NCBI GenBank assembly: GCA_003284445.1
Contig: QBVH01000001.1
Span: 17,947 to 81,946 of the forward strand
Length of the DNA stretch: 64,000 bases
Origin: Prochlorococcus sp. AG-311-D23
Lineage (GTDB): Bacteria > Cyanobacteriota > Cyanobacteriia > PCC-6307 > Cyanobiaceae
Direction: 5' to 3'
Translations under genes and position numbers: made by a program
Notes under the pieces: model-generated
The model's database searches: none
Told to the model about the DNA's origin: nothing
What the model saw: the letters and a program-made list of their open reading frames with translations, nothing else
Shown here: positions 31,309-41,872 of the stretch, one piece after another
Layout: each line of letters starts with the position of its first letter
Numbering within the stretch: position 1 is the first letter of the stretch

Positions 31309-31875
31309 TTATAAAAAATCAATTTTTTCCTTAATTTTTAAAAAATCAGATTTAGTCAGACTCATTGGTTTTCCTTCCTCTTTAGATGGATTCCTAAGTA
31401 AATAAGATGGATGGAAGACAGGCATTACAAGTTTGCCCTCCCAATCAATCCATTCACCCCTGAGGGTACTAATACGAGACTTAATTTTCAAAATAGCTTC
31501 TAATGCTGTTGCTCCAACTAGGACTATTACACTGGGGTTTACAAGTTTTATTTGTTGATACAACCAAGGAAGATTTTCTTGTATTTCAATCTTTGTTGGG
31601 CGTCTATTTTTGGGCGGTCTACATTTGACCACGTTGCAAAAATAAACATCTTGGTTAATATCAATCCCAGCATTTTGAAGCAATTTATCAAGTAATTTTC
31701 CAGACCTTCCTACAAAAGGCTCTCCTATCTCCTCCTCTTTTGCTCCTGGAGCTTCTCCAATAATCATTAACTTAGCGAAAGGGTTACCCCTGGATACAAC
31801 GATTTTGTTTATGGAATTATTATTTGAATCAGAAACTTTAGAAACGTTTTTATCAGAGGAGATGTTTATGGTCAA
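31309..31875 (-). CDS. Uracil-DNA glycosylase family 4
   Basis: IGEAPG, PFVGRSG, KCRPP.NR.P and HPSYLLR. Confidence 0.93.
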   Translation of the reverse strand: MTINISSDKNVSKVSDSNNNSINKIVVSRGNPFAKLMIIGEAPGAKEEEIGEPFVGRSGKLLDKLLQNAGIDINQDVYFCNVVKCRPPKNRRPTKIEIQENLPWLYQQIKLVNPSVIVLVGATALEAILKIKSRISTLRGEWIDWEGKLVMPVFHPSYLLRNPSKEEGKPMSLTKSDFLKIKEKIDFL

Positions 31876-32285
31876 AATAAAGCTTCCTTATCTGATCCTT
31901 TTAAAAGATAGGGCACCAAAATTAAGAATTGATTGCCTTCTGGGTCAAGCATCCATTGCTCACATCCAAACTTTGCCAATTTTGAAATTCCCATTGCACT
32001 ACCTCCTATTTTCAATATCTCATATGTCCAGCTCTCTATGATTTTTGATGGGTCTTCGCAAGGTTCACGCTGAAAACACAATGAGGTTGAGTTTCCTTTC
32101 CTTTGCCATTCGTGATTTTTATTAGGTCTATAAAAATGTATTTTGGATCGATTACTTAATGAAATAAAATAATGAGTTGCATTAAAACCTTTATTCACCT
32201 TGTCAGAATTGATCTTGGCATAAAATTCAGATAATTCTTTAGGGTTTTTAGAAGCAATTACAAAGTTTATGTTCATCAAAGGCAT
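31872..32285 (-). CDS. VOC/glyoxalase-like protein
   Basis: N-terminal L..FY and C-terminal DPEGNQF. Confidence 0.75.
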   Translation of the reverse strand: MPLMNINFVIASKNPKELSEFYAKINSDKVNKGFNATHYFISLSNRSKIHFYRPNKNHEWQRKGNSTSLCFQREPCEDPSKIIESWTYEILKIGGSAMGISKLAKFGCEQWMLDPEGNQFLILVPYLLKGSDKEALF

Positions 32286-32376
32286 GCAAGTATCTGATTA
32301 AGTAGTAAGTTTATAATTAGATGAATTCACTTTAAAAGTGAATCTAATAAAAACATTTTGAAGTTATGCTTCGAAG

Positions 32377-33555
32377 ATGACTGAAAAATCACAGATATCT
32401 ATAAGAGCTCTCTCCATAAAACCCTCTCTAACTCTTGAGATCAGCGCAAAAGCAAAAGCTTTAAAAGCTGAAGGTAAAAACATTTGTAGTTTAAGCGCAG
32501 GGGAACCTGATTTCGATACCCCTGAATTTATTATCGATGCAACTCTAAAAGCATTAAAAGATGGGAAAACTCGTTACGGGCCTGCAGCTGGAGATCCTGA
32601 ATTAAGAGAAGCCATTGCGCAAAAACAATCAGATATAAATAAAGTTCCAACAAAAACAGACAATGTTCTAGTAACTAATGGAGGGAAACAAGCAATATAC
32701 AATTTATTTCAAGTAGTTTTGAATCCCGGAGATGAAGTCCTGATACCAACTCCCTATTGGCTTAGTTATCCAGAGATAACTCTTTTAGCGGGTGCCAAGC
32801 CAATAAAAATTAAATCATCAACTAAAGATAGATTTAAAATAGATATCAATTCTCTAGAAGAACACGTAACCGAAAAAACAAGGTTATTAATTATTAACTC
32901 TCCAAGTAATCCAACTGGCTGTGTTTTAACTGAGCAAGAGATGAAAACTATTTCCGATTTTTTAAGAAGGCATCCAAGAATTTTATTAATGAGTGATGAA
33001 ATTTATGAATTTCTTATTTCTCCAAATCAAGTTCATCACAGTTTCGCGAAAATCGCACCAGATCTAAAAAATAGAATTTTCACCGTCAACGGTTTTGCCA
33101 AGGCGTGGGCAATGACTGGTTGGAGGATTGGCTACTTAACAGGAAACGCCGAGGTAATAAAGAAAGCCATTGCTTTACAAAGTCAAAGTACAAGCAATGT
33201 ATGTAGTTTTGCTCAAAAAGGGGCTATTGCAGCACTTCAAGGCTCAAAAGATTGCATTCATGAAATGGCAAAAATATATTACAAAAGGAGGTTATTAATA
33301 ACAGAAAGACTAAAAAAAATAAAACATATTTCTTTTGTCCCTCCCAATGGAGCTTTCTATGTTTTCCCAGAAATTAATCTAGAGGAGATCGATTCAATAA
33401 GTTTCTGCAAATTGGCACTAGAGAAGGTCGGTCTAGCAATAGTTCCAGGGATTGCTTTCGGAGATGATAAATGTATAAGAATCTCATACGCAGCTTCAAA
33501 TGAAATGATCAACGATGGAGTTGATAGGCTAGAAAGACTATTAAATGATTTTTAA
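32377..33555 (+). CDS. aspC: Aspartate aminotransferase (class I PLP)
   Basis: GEPDF, NSPSNPTG, SDEIY and AKAWAMTGWRIG. Confidence 0.9.
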   Translation: MTEKSQISIRALSIKPSLTLEISAKAKALKAEGKNICSLSAGEPDFDTPEFIIDATLKALKDGKTRYGPAAGDPELREAIAQKQSDINKVPTKTDNVLVTNGGKQAIYNLFQVVLNPGDEVLIPTPYWLSYPEITLLAGAKPIKIKSSTKDRFKIDINSLEEHVTEKTRLLIINSPSNPTGCVLTEQEMKTISDFLRRHPRILLMSDEIYEFLISPNQVHHSFAKIAPDLKNRIFTVNGFAKAWAMTGWRIGYLTGNAEVIKKAIALQSQSTSNVCSFAQKGAIAALQGSKDCIHEMAKIYYKRRLLITERLKKIKHISFVPPNGAFYVFPEINLEEIDSISFCKLALEKVGLAIVPGIAFGDDKCIRISYAASNEMINDGVDRLERLLNDF

Positions 33556-33560
33556 AAAGA

Positions 33561-34472
33561 ATGCAACAGGAGCCAAGAGGAAGAAAACTTATAAAAATAG
33601 CTATTGCAGTTTTATCCCTATCTAATTTATTTTCTATTGGTTCATTAAAAGCAGAAGAGATCCTTCATATTGGGGCAATACCAGATCAAAACCCAGAGCA
33701 CCTCAATCGTTTATATAAGGTTTTATCCTCAGAATTAAGCGAGCAGCTAAATGTTCAGGTCCGTTATAAACCAGTTACTAATTATGCTGCAGCTGTAACA
33801 GCTTTTAGGACCGGAGATTTAGATTTAGTATGGTTCGGTGCTTTAACGGGTGTACAAGCAAGACTTCAAAGCAAAGGATCCAAGGTAATAGCACAACGAG
33901 ATATTGATGAAAAATTCCATAGTGTTTTTATCGCAAACAAGAAAAGTTCTATCCAAAAAATAAATAACATAAATGACTTAAAAACACTAAAAGACAAGCG
34001 TTTTACTTTTGGCTCTGAAAGTTCAACATCAGGAAGATTAATGCCCCAATATTTTTTAAACAAAGCAGGTTTGCAACTTAAAGATTTCAAAGGTGCAAGC
34101 CCAGGCTTTAGTGGTAGCCACGATGCAACATTAATTCTTGTGCAAAGTGGTTCATATGAGGCAGGTGCTCTTAGCGAAGAAGTATGGAAAAGAAATCTTG
34201 AGAGAGGACGCGTGGATCCCTCAAAAGTCTTTGTGATTTGGAAGACTCCTTCTTATCATAATTATCATTGGATTGCTCAAGGAAACCTAGATAAAAAGTT
34301 CAAAAAAGGTTTTACGAAAGACCTTACAAATGTATTTTTACGTTTCAATAAAAAGTCAAAAAAACAAAAACAAATTCTCGAATTATTTAGCGCAAAGAAA
34401 TTTATAATGTCAAAAAACGAGAATTATAATCAAATAGAAACGGTAGGTAGAAAAATGGGAAAGATTAAGTGA
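33561..34472 (+). CDS. phnD: PhnD-family ABC substrate-binding protein (phosphonate/phosphite; 'putative selenate' subfamily)
   Basis: AIPDQ, STSGRLMP and GSHDAT; first gene of an ABC operon. Confidence 0.8.
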   Translation: MQQEPRGRKLIKIAIAVLSLSNLFSIGSLKAEEILHIGAIPDQNPEHLNRLYKVLSSELSEQLNVQVRYKPVTNYAAAVTAFRTGDLDLVWFGALTGVQARLQSKGSKVIAQRDIDEKFHSVFIANKKSSIQKINNINDLKTLKDKRFTFGSESSTSGRLMPQYFLNKAGLQLKDFKGASPGFSGSHDATLILVQSGSYEAGALSEEVWKRNLERGRVDPSKVFVIWKTPSYHNYHWIAQGNLDKKFKKGFTKDLTNVFLRFNKKSKKQKQILELFSAKKFIMSKNENYNQIETVGRKMGKIK

Positions 34473-35203
34473 CTAAGTTACTAGAATTAAAGAATATAAG
34501 CCATAGAAGTAAAGAAAGTATTAGAGTAAAAGGTATTAATTTAACAATAAATCAAGGTGAGAAGATAGCGCTTATTGGCAAGAGTGGCTCTGGCAAAAGT
34601 ACATTAATCTCGATCGCGAATGGATCACTAATCCCGAACGAAGGAGATGTAATATGGAAAGGTTTTCACATTAACAATATCTCAAATATTGAGTACTCAA
34701 AAATAGGAACTATATGGCAGGATTTATCTTTGATAGAAGAGCTAAATGTCGCTCAGAATATAAACTGCGGTGCATTAGGTAAACACAATTTCATATGGGC
34801 TTTAAAAAATCTCCTAGGCGTCATAGATAAAGGTTTATGCCAAGACTGCCTAGCAGCAGTCTCTCTCCCAAAAAAAACTATTTATTCCTACGTAAATAAA
34901 CTTTCTGGTGGACAAAAAAAAAGAATAGCAATTGCACGTCTTTTAAGACAAGAACCAGAGATCTTGCTTGGAGACGAACCTTTCTCAAATTTAGACCCTC
35001 TATTATCAAAAAATATCTTAAATTTATTTATTAATCAAAAAAATTATCTGAGAATTAAAATCCCTGAGACCATACTTATAAGTCTTCACCAAATTCATTT
35101 ATTAAATAATTTCAATAGAGTTATTGGGTTAAAAGATGGAGAGATTATAATAGATAGAGAAATTCATAATATTAATCAATCAGAGCTTGATTGGCTATTT
35201 TAA
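34469..35203 (+). CDS. phnC: PhnC-like ABC ATPase
   Basis: GKSGSGKS, LSGGQ and DEP. Confidence 0.8.
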   Translation: MTKLLELKNISHRSKESIRVKGINLTINQGEKIALIGKSGSGKSTLISIANGSLIPNEGDVIWKGFHINNISNIEYSKIGTIWQDLSLIEELNVAQNINCGALGKHNFIWALKNLLGVIDKGLCQDCLAAVSLPKKTIYSYVNKLSGGQKKRIAIARLLRQEPEILLGDEPFSNLDPLLSKNILNLFINQKNYLRIKIPETILISLHQIHLLNNFNRVIGLKDGEIIIDREIHNINQSELDWLF

Positions 35204-35209
35204 TTCATA

Positions 35210-36760
35210 ATGAAATTAATAAAACCAGTATCAACTTTATTAACATTAATCCCATCAATAGCCTACATTCCGATTCTAATAGAAATCATCAAAGGATTTC
35301 ATATTGGGGGTCTAAATATCATATTTCAATTCATAAGCGCAGCAATAAAACCATCGTTTAATCAAGAAGTAGTAAAAAGTGCATGGGAAGGACTTCAAAT
35401 AACAATTGCTACTGCTTTAACTAGCTGGGCTATAAGTATGCTTATTGGAATTGTTTTAGGTGTACTATCTACAGATTTATTTTGGAAAAGTATTCCTAAA
35501 TTTTCTTATTTGGGTAAATTCATAAAATACTCATTAGCAATTCCAAGATCAATACATGAAGTAGTTTGGGGTTTGCTATTTATTCAAATTTTAGGTTTGA
35601 ATATTTGGGTGGCAATTATATCTATAGTCATTCCCTATTCAGCCTTAACAGCAAGAGTAATTTCAGAGCAACTAGATAGTTTTGACATACAACCTCTAAT
35701 AGCTATTAAGCAGACTGGATCTAATATTATGGGCTCATTGATAACTATTCTACTACCAAAGTTAATACCTATCGTATCTACATATGGAAGTTACAGATTT
35801 GAATGTGCAATTAGGGGTGTAACATTACTTGGAATATTTGGATTAGGAGGTATAGGAACAGAACTATATTTAACTTTAAAATCCTTTGAGTTCAATGAGA
35901 TGTGGACTTGTTTATGGATGCTGTGGTTAGTAATAATTTTATTAGAGAAATTTATAAGATTTTCTAGAAGTTATTTATCTGACAATATTAGTTTAAAAAA
36001 TTCTTTCTTAATTTCAATCTCAATATTTACACTATCTCTATCGTTAGGTGTTGGTTGGCTTTATAATCTAAATTTTGAGTTATTTACTCCATTAAGCTTC
36101 TCGTATTTAAATTTACCTTCATTCGTAGAGATAAGAAATGGATTTAATAGCTTACCTCTGTTTAAACTAATTATTACAACAATTTTAATAACTTTATTTG
36201 CCTCTGGGATTGCAATAGGGACACCTCCACTTTTACTAGTATTATTCCCAGGTAAATTCCCTCTAAAAGTTCAAAATCTTATTTGGATCTTTTTTAGATT
36301 GATACCTCCTCCATTGACCACTATACTTATTCTTCTTTTTACTAATCCTAATATATATGTAGCCGCATTATCACTTGGAATTACACATATGGGAGTCATG
36401 GGAAGGTTACTTACAGATAACATACTAAATCAAGAAAAAAGTATTTATGGAGCGATTAAAAGCAATGGTTCAAGCAAGCAATCAGCAACGCTTTATGGAA
36501 TATTAGCCCCCCAAAGTAATAGTTACTTAGCTTATGGAGCATACAGAAGTGACGTAATCCTAAAGGAAACAGCAATTATAGGAGCAGTCGGAGGAGTAGG
36601 ATTAGGGTGGCAATTACAGGAATCACTAAGCTCATTCGATTGGGCACAAGTCATGATAATAACTGCTACTTTCTCTTTATTAACAATTTCAGGAGAATTT
36701 TTATTTAACACTTCTCAAAATTATTGGTTAAACAATTCAACCAACAATTTCATTAGTTAG
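35210..36760 (+). CDS. phnE: PhnE-like ABC permease (duplicated domain)
   Basis: Two permease repeats (YRFECAIR...GGIG and YRSDVILK...GLG). Confidence 0.8.
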   Translation: MKLIKPVSTLLTLIPSIAYIPILIEIIKGFHIGGLNIIFQFISAAIKPSFNQEVVKSAWEGLQITIATALTSWAISMLIGIVLGVLSTDLFWKSIPKFSYLGKFIKYSLAIPRSIHEVVWGLLFIQILGLNIWVAIISIVIPYSALTARVISEQLDSFDIQPLIAIKQTGSNIMGSLITILLPKLIPIVSTYGSYRFECAIRGVTLLGIFGLGGIGTELYLTLKSFEFNEMWTCLWMLWLVIILLEKFIRFSRSYLSDNISLKNSFLISISIFTLSLSLGVGWLYNLNFELFTPLSFSYLNLPSFVEIRNGFNSLPLFKLIITTILITLFASGIAIGTPPLLLVLFPGKFPLKVQNLIWIFFRLIPPPLTTILILLFTNPNIYVAALSLGITHMGVMGRLLTDNILNQEKSIYGAIKSNGSSKQSATLYGILAPQSNSYLAYGAYRSDVILKETAIIGAVGGVGLGWQLQESLSSFDWAQVMIITATFSLLTISGEFLFNTSQNYWLNNSTNNFIS

Positions 36761-36784
36761 TTATTTCATTCAACATATCGACTT

Positions 36785-37432
36785 ATGAATAAATATCAGA
36801 AAAAATTAATCATAATTGGAGATAGTGGGGTTTACGGATGGGGAGATCTAGAAGGAGGCGGATGGTCTGAAAGATTAAGGCAAAACTGGTTAAATATAGA
36901 TGGAGCCCCTATCATTTATTCCCTTGGAGTAAGAGGAGATGGATTAGAGAAAGTTGCTATAAGATATAAGAATGAGTGGGCAATAAGGGGAGAATTAAGG
37001 AGAAAAGTTCCTGAAGGTATTTTGCTATCAATTGGTTTAAATGATACAGCTAAAATTGGAAGAAAAGATGGCAGGCCACAACTTTCTGAGGATGCTTTTA
37101 AATTTGGATTAAAACAATTAGTAAACGAAATTAAGAATGAAGTAAATATAATGGTTCTTGGATTAACACCTGTTAATGAAGACTCAATGCCTTTTGCAGA
37201 ATGTCTTTGGTATTCAAATCAAGCTTGTTCTAAGTATGAAAATAAAATTGAAGAAACTTGCTTAGAATTAAATGTCCCGTTTTTATCTATTCATAAAAAA
37301 ATGATCAACTTATTATCATTTAAAGAATTACTCTCAACAGATGGAATACATCTGAATACTAAGGGTCATAAATGGATTTATGAACAAATTAGTAAATGGC
37401 AGGCATTAAAGAATTGGGCTGATTTAAAATAA
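36785..37432 (+). CDS. SGNH/GDSL hydrolase
   Basis: GDS, GLND and DGIHLN. Confidence 0.88.
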   Translation: MNKYQKKLIIIGDSGVYGWGDLEGGGWSERLRQNWLNIDGAPIIYSLGVRGDGLEKVAIRYKNEWAIRGELRRKVPEGILLSIGLNDTAKIGRKDGRPQLSEDAFKFGLKQLVNEIKNEVNIMVLGLTPVNEDSMPFAECLWYSNQACSKYENKIEETCLELNVPFLSIHKKMINLLSFKELLSTDGIHLNTKGHKWIYEQISKWQALKNWADLK

Positions 37433-37437
37433 ATATT

Positions 37438-38181
37438 TCAAACAAAATTCAAATATAAAAAGATAGAAATAATAGCGGCTATAGATGTCTGGATAGAGTT
37501 AACTAATTCATTAGTCATCCAATTAATCTTATTTTGTACCAGTGCTCCAATATAACTTTCCAAAAAAGTTGCTAAATAGCCAGATAAGAAGACTATAAAA
37601 GCAACAGATATTCCAGAAATGATCGATAGATTAAGCATAAACACAGTCATAATAAAACTTCCTAACAAACCAGCTATCGAACCTTCGATGCTTATTGCCC
37701 CCTCTGTTCCTGGAGATACTGGCTTTAAAGTCGTAATTAGAAAAGTTCTTTTACCAAATCTTTTGCCAATTTCACTTGAAAAGGTATCGGAAAGTTTTGC
37801 ACTGAAACTAGAAGCAAAACCCACCATGAATAAATTTAAAAAATTTGGCCAAAAACAACTTAATAAGGCGAGTGAGCAGCCTGTTGCTGCAGAACCCCAA
37901 ACATTTTCAGGGCCACGTTTACCACCTCTGGCTTCAGCGATACCTCGGGAAGCCTTATTTTTGTATCCAATTTTTGTAACTAATGTTCCCAACAAGAGAT
38001 ATACACAAACGGATATCCAACCATTCCAACCAATAGATCCTAATAAAAGTGTTCCAAGTACTCCAGCATGAATCCAACCTTTCTTAGTTAAAAATGGAAG
38101 CCTTTGTCCCAAAAATATCAACAAGAAATTAATCAGAAAAGCATTAACCCAAATACCCCCAACAAAAGACAAGTTACCCAT
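37438..38181 (-). CDS. DUF92/TIGR00297 membrane protein (VTE6-like)
   Basis: RGPENVWGS, DTFSSEIG and PGTEGAIS.EG. Confidence 0.88.
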   Translation of the reverse strand: MGNLSFVGGIWVNAFLINFLLIFLGQRLPFLTKKGWIHAGVLGTLLLGSIGWNGWISVCVYLLLGTLVTKIGYKNKASRGIAEARGGKRGPENVWGSAATGCSLALLSCFWPNFLNLFMVGFASSFSAKLSDTFSSEIGKRFGKRTFLITTLKPVSPGTEGAISIEGSIAGLLGSFIMTVFMLNLSIISGISVAFIVFLSGYLATFLESYIGALVQNKINWMTNELVNSIQTSIAAIISIFLYLNFV

Positions 38182-38244
38182 CGTTTCTATTCAGCATGCC
38201 TGTTTATAAACAATAGACGTTTTTATGATCAAAAATAATCAATC

Positions 38245-39009
38245 TTAAAAGGATGATTTAAGTCTTCTCCATGAAGTCATTACTTGTGAAGCAGTTACGG
38301 CAGCTGTTGATGTCCTCAAAATAGTTTCTCCCATAGACACCCCAACCAATCCAGAATTAAAAGCTAATTCCTCTTCATCTTTATTCCAGCCTCCCTCTGG
38401 GCCAATCACCATCCAAACTTGATTAACTTCATGTGGTGTTTCTTTTATCCAATTCACACAATCTTGCAAGTCTTCAATGCGTGTTGCGGCGAAACCGATA
38501 TGTGCTTCGGGTTTTAAATCATTTATCCAATTCGAAAATGTCAATGTCTGCATTAATTCTGGACTCCAGAGTCTTTCAGATTGCTCAACGGCTTCATGAA
38601 TGATTTTTTGAAATCTGATAGTTTTTTCGTAACTGCATTCTTTAACTACTGATCGTTTTGAAATTAATGGTTGAATAATGTCAACGCCTATTTCACAACT
38701 CATTTGCAAAAAGTTTTCAAACCCATTTTTAGGAATAACTACAGCAATACATATTAATGGGCTCTGTCTTGAAACTACTTGAAGAGGTTTATCAAAACCA
38801 TCGGTAAGTTTTATAGTTTTTTTTTCAACAATTTTTGCGTTCCAAACATGACCTTTTCCATCAATGACTTCTAAAAGATCTTCCGATCTCATCCTCATAA
38901 CCCTAGTTAGATAATGTGATTCATTAGAGGTCAATATCAACTCTCCTTTTGAATCGATTTCATCACTTAATCGATTTGGATTTATAAATAATCTTCTTTT
39001 CTCAGCCAT
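38245..39009 (-). CDS. rsmE: 16S rRNA m3U1498 methyltransferase
   Basis: HYLTRVMR, EAVEQSER, IGPEGG and ILRTSTA. Confidence 0.93.
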   Translation of the reverse strand: MAEKRRLFINPNRLSDEIDSKGELILTSNESHYLTRVMRMRSEDLLEVIDGKGHVWNAKIVEKKTIKLTDGFDKPLQVVSRQSPLICIAVVIPKNGFENFLQMSCEIGVDIIQPLISKRSVVKECSYEKTIRFQKIIHEAVEQSERLWSPELMQTLTFSNWINDLKPEAHIGFAATRIEDLQDCVNWIKETPHEVNQVWMVIGPEGGWNKDEEELAFNSGLVGVSMGETILRTSTAAVTASQVMTSWRRLKSSF

Positions 39010-39015
39010 AGAAAA

Positions 39016-39471
39016 TTAATCTTTTGAAGAAAAAATTGCATCTGGATGTTCCTCTACTGGCCAATCTTGATTTACTCCTCCGATAATTAGTTCCTCTATT
39101 TTCAGAACATCAACATCCATTTGTTTGAGCACATTTATCAAAATATCAATTGCGATGAGGTCAGAAGTGCCTAAATCTACCCAGCATCTAGCCCAACACT
39201 CATTAAATTCGAATTCTCCAAGATTATGCATTAATGATGGAAGACTAGAAGAGGTATCGTCATTTTCATAGCTCATCCAACTGACATCAGAACCCATTTC
39301 GTGCGTTTGTAAATTTTCAGAATTAAATCCTCCAAGTCGGCCTAGTACATACCAAGAATCGAAAATGCCATCAATGTAATCTTTTTCGCCTTTACTTGGG
39401 ACTCCTGAATATCTAAGCCATATCCAACAATTGAAAGGATCAACTTCACGAAATCGAACTTCCATAAACAA
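39016..39471 (-). CDS. DUF3531 family protein
   Basis: FRE.DPFNCWIW, GRLGGFN.EN and WARCWVDLGTSD. Confidence 0.82.
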   Translation of the reverse strand: MFMEVRFREVDPFNCWIWLRYSGVPSKGEKDYIDGIFDSWYVLGRLGGFNSENLQTHEMGSDVSWMSYENDDTSSSLPSLMHNLGEFEFNECWARCWVDLGTSDLIAIDILINVLKQMDVDVLKIEELIIGGVNQDWPVEEHPDAIFSSKD

Positions 39472-39580
39472 TAGATCTTGAAAAAGAAAAACTAAAAGAT
39501 ATCAAACATAATCTAATGTAAATTGATTAAAGAAAATAGAAAAATCATTATTTATTTGATCAAAGCTTAAATAAAAAAGA

Positions 39581-40207
39581 ATGCTTAGTTTAAAAAATAT
39601 TTATTACCATCCCTCGACATCAGAGAAGCCGATCCTTAGAGATTTATCTTTAAAATTTAAGACTGGAAAAATCACAATTGTTAGAGGACCCAGTGGAAGT
39701 GGAAAAACTACATTGGTAGAAATCATTAGTGGTCTATCGGGATATCAGAAAGGAGAGATCACATGGTTAAACAAAACGCTAAATGCACGTCAACGGAGGT
39801 GGTTATGTGGATTAGTTTTTCAATTTCCAGAAAGATATTTTCTTGGATTATCCGTAGCTCAAGAATTACGTCTTGGGCACAAAAGGTTAACGACTGAGGA
39901 GCAAATTTCAACTCTCAAAAAAGTGGGGTTAATTGACTTAGATTTAAAAAAGCCGCCTGAATCTCTTAGTGGAGGCCAACAACGACGACTAGCTATTGCT
40001 GTTCAACTACTAAGGAGTCCCGAGGTACTTTTATTGGACGAGCCAACCGCGGGTTTAGATTGGTCAGTGAGAAACGGAATAATAGAATTACTCGCCAAGC
40101 TTAAAGACAAGCAAACTATCCTCATAGTTACTCATGAACCCGAACTTTTTAAAGATTTGAATACCGACAGTTATGAGTTGAACGATGGTCAACTTTTCCC
40201 TAAATAA
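39581..40207 (+). CDS. ABC transporter ATP-binding protein
   Basis: [22 protein letters not shown] and DEPT. Confidence 0.9.
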   Translation: MLSLKNIYYHPSTSEKPILRDLSLKFKTGKITIVRGPSGSGKTTLVEIISGLSGYQKGEITWLNKTLNARQRRWLCGLVFQFPERYFLGLSVAQELRLGHKRLTTEEQISTLKKVGLIDLDLKKPPESLSGGQQRRLAIAVQLLRSPEVLLLDEPTAGLDWSVRNGIIELLAKLKDKQTILIVTHEPELFKDLNTDSYELNDGQLFPK

Positions 40208-40223
40208 ACAATTTAACCAATCA

Positions 40224-41123
40224 ATGACAGACTCACTAATTAGAGCCACTGCTGCCAAAGGAGGAATAAGACTAGTCGCCGTATCTACAACTGAATCAAC
40301 GAAAGAAGCAAAAAAAAGACACTCGCTTTCATATTTAACTTCTGCAATTGTAGGTAGGGCAATGAGTGCAAGCCTCTTGCTTGCAAGTTCAATGAAGGTA
40401 AATCATGGAAGGGTTACTTTGAGGGTAAGCTCAAATGGTCCACTAAAAGGATTAACTATTGATGCGGGTCGAGATGGAAGTGTGAGGGGATACGTTGGTG
40501 AACCAAGTCTTGAATTAGACCTAGTTAAAAATAAGAATAATCACTACACATTTGATTTTAAAAAAGCCACAGGTATTGGCTATCTTCACGTCATTAGAGA
40601 TGAAGGAAAAGGAGAACCACACAACAGTACAGTTGAATTAATTAATGGAGGTATCGGTGAAGACATAGCTTCCTATTTATTACATTCTGAACAAACACCA
40701 TCAGCTGTGTTTGTTGGAGAACGAATTAATCAGGATGGAATAGTTTGTAGCGGAGGACTTTTAGCGCAAATACTACCTAAAGCAGAACGAGATTATTCAT
40801 TGATAGCTTTACTTGAAGATCGATGTAAAGAAATCTACTCTTTTAGTGAATTATTAAACAAAAAAGAGACTAACCTTATTTCTCTTATTGAAGAAATTTT
40901 TCCTGATCTTGATCAATCCCATTCAGATATCATTAGCACATCTCAGGAAGTTAGTTTTAAATGTAGATGCTCAAGAGAAAGAAGCCTATCAGCATTAAAG
41001 ATATTAGGAGAGAATGAACTTCAGGAAATGATAAAGGTCGATGGAAAAGCAGAACTTACATGTCAATTCTGCAAAAATGTTTATCTTATTAACGAGGAAG
41101 AATTGAAATCTTTAATCGATTGA
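40224..41123 (+). CDS. hslO: Hsp33 redox-regulated chaperone
   Basis: SEQTPS and Zn motifs CRCS and CQFC. Start probably ATG 40224; ORF extends to 40185. Confidence 0.93.
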   Translation: MTDSLIRATAAKGGIRLVAVSTTESTKEAKKRHSLSYLTSAIVGRAMSASLLLASSMKVNHGRVTLRVSSNGPLKGLTIDAGRDGSVRGYVGEPSLELDLVKNKNNHYTFDFKKATGIGYLHVIRDEGKGEPHNSTVELINGGIGEDIASYLLHSEQTPSAVFVGERINQDGIVCSGGLLAQILPKAERDYSLIALLEDRCKEIYSFSELLNKKETNLISLIEEIFPDLDQSHSDIISTSQEVSFKCRCSRERSLSALKILGENELQEMIKVDGKAELTCQFCKNVYLINEEELKSLID

Positions 41124-41127
41124 AGAT

Positions 41128-41817
41128 TTAATCAATGAAAATCACTCCTAACCAAAGCAACAATACTGCAGGTATCGCCTCAAATTTATCTGAAGAAAAT
41201 GATCCAGAATTATCAATAAATGATTGAGCTCCACCCAAAAATAATGCACCAGAAAGAAGTCCAATGCTGAGAAGAAGAATGCACCAGAGGATAGAGGAAA
41301 AGAAAGGCCTCCCTCTACGAGACTGACTAATAAATAAGCCTATTGTTGAGACTGAAAGTATTAATTCAACACTTTCAGAAGGCACAATTAAAACAAGTAA
41401 AAAAGCCAATATTCCAAGAGATATCCGTATATTTAATTCTTGTCCAGAGGGCAACTCTAAGCTTGGTAAAAAGTTAGATGTTGAAGCCTCATATTTAGGA
41501 AGATTTAAATTTTTCAACCTAGTGATAAGCGAGCCAGGTCCTATATCACCAACTTTCTTGGCTTCATTTTCTTTCTTTGATGCATTTATTGCCTCGTTAC
41601 TTGCATTACCAAGCTGTCTTGACTTAAGACTTACCATTAACAACGAATCATAAGCAGCTTCTATTTTTGCTTTAGTAATTTGGTCATCACCAACCTCCAG
41701 TAACTTTTTATCTCTTGCTTCTTGAATAGCATCAAAACTTGCACCCTCATTTATTCCAAGTATCAAATATGGATCTTGTGAGTTTGAATTTGATTGTGAA
41801 TTGCTACCAGGATTCAT
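41128..41817 (-). CDS. CPP1-like (J-like, DUF3353) membrane protein
   Basis: DPY..LG...ASF..IQ.AR and IEAAYD.LLM..L..RQ.G. Confidence 0.85.
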   Translation of the reverse strand: MNPGSNSQSNSNSQDPYLILGINEGASFDAIQEARDKKLLEVGDDQITKAKIEAAYDSLLMVSLKSRQLGNASNEAINASKKENEAKKVGDIGPGSLITRLKNLNLPKYEASTSNFLPSLELPSGQELNIRISLGILAFLLVLIVPSESVELILSVSTIGLFISQSRRGRPFFSSILWCILLLSIGLLSGALFLGGAQSFIDNSGSFSSDKFEAIPAVLLLWLGVIFID

Positions 41818-41872
41818 AGATTTTTCAAAAAAAGATTTATGAACTCTCTTTAATATTAGATTTTAATCTACC

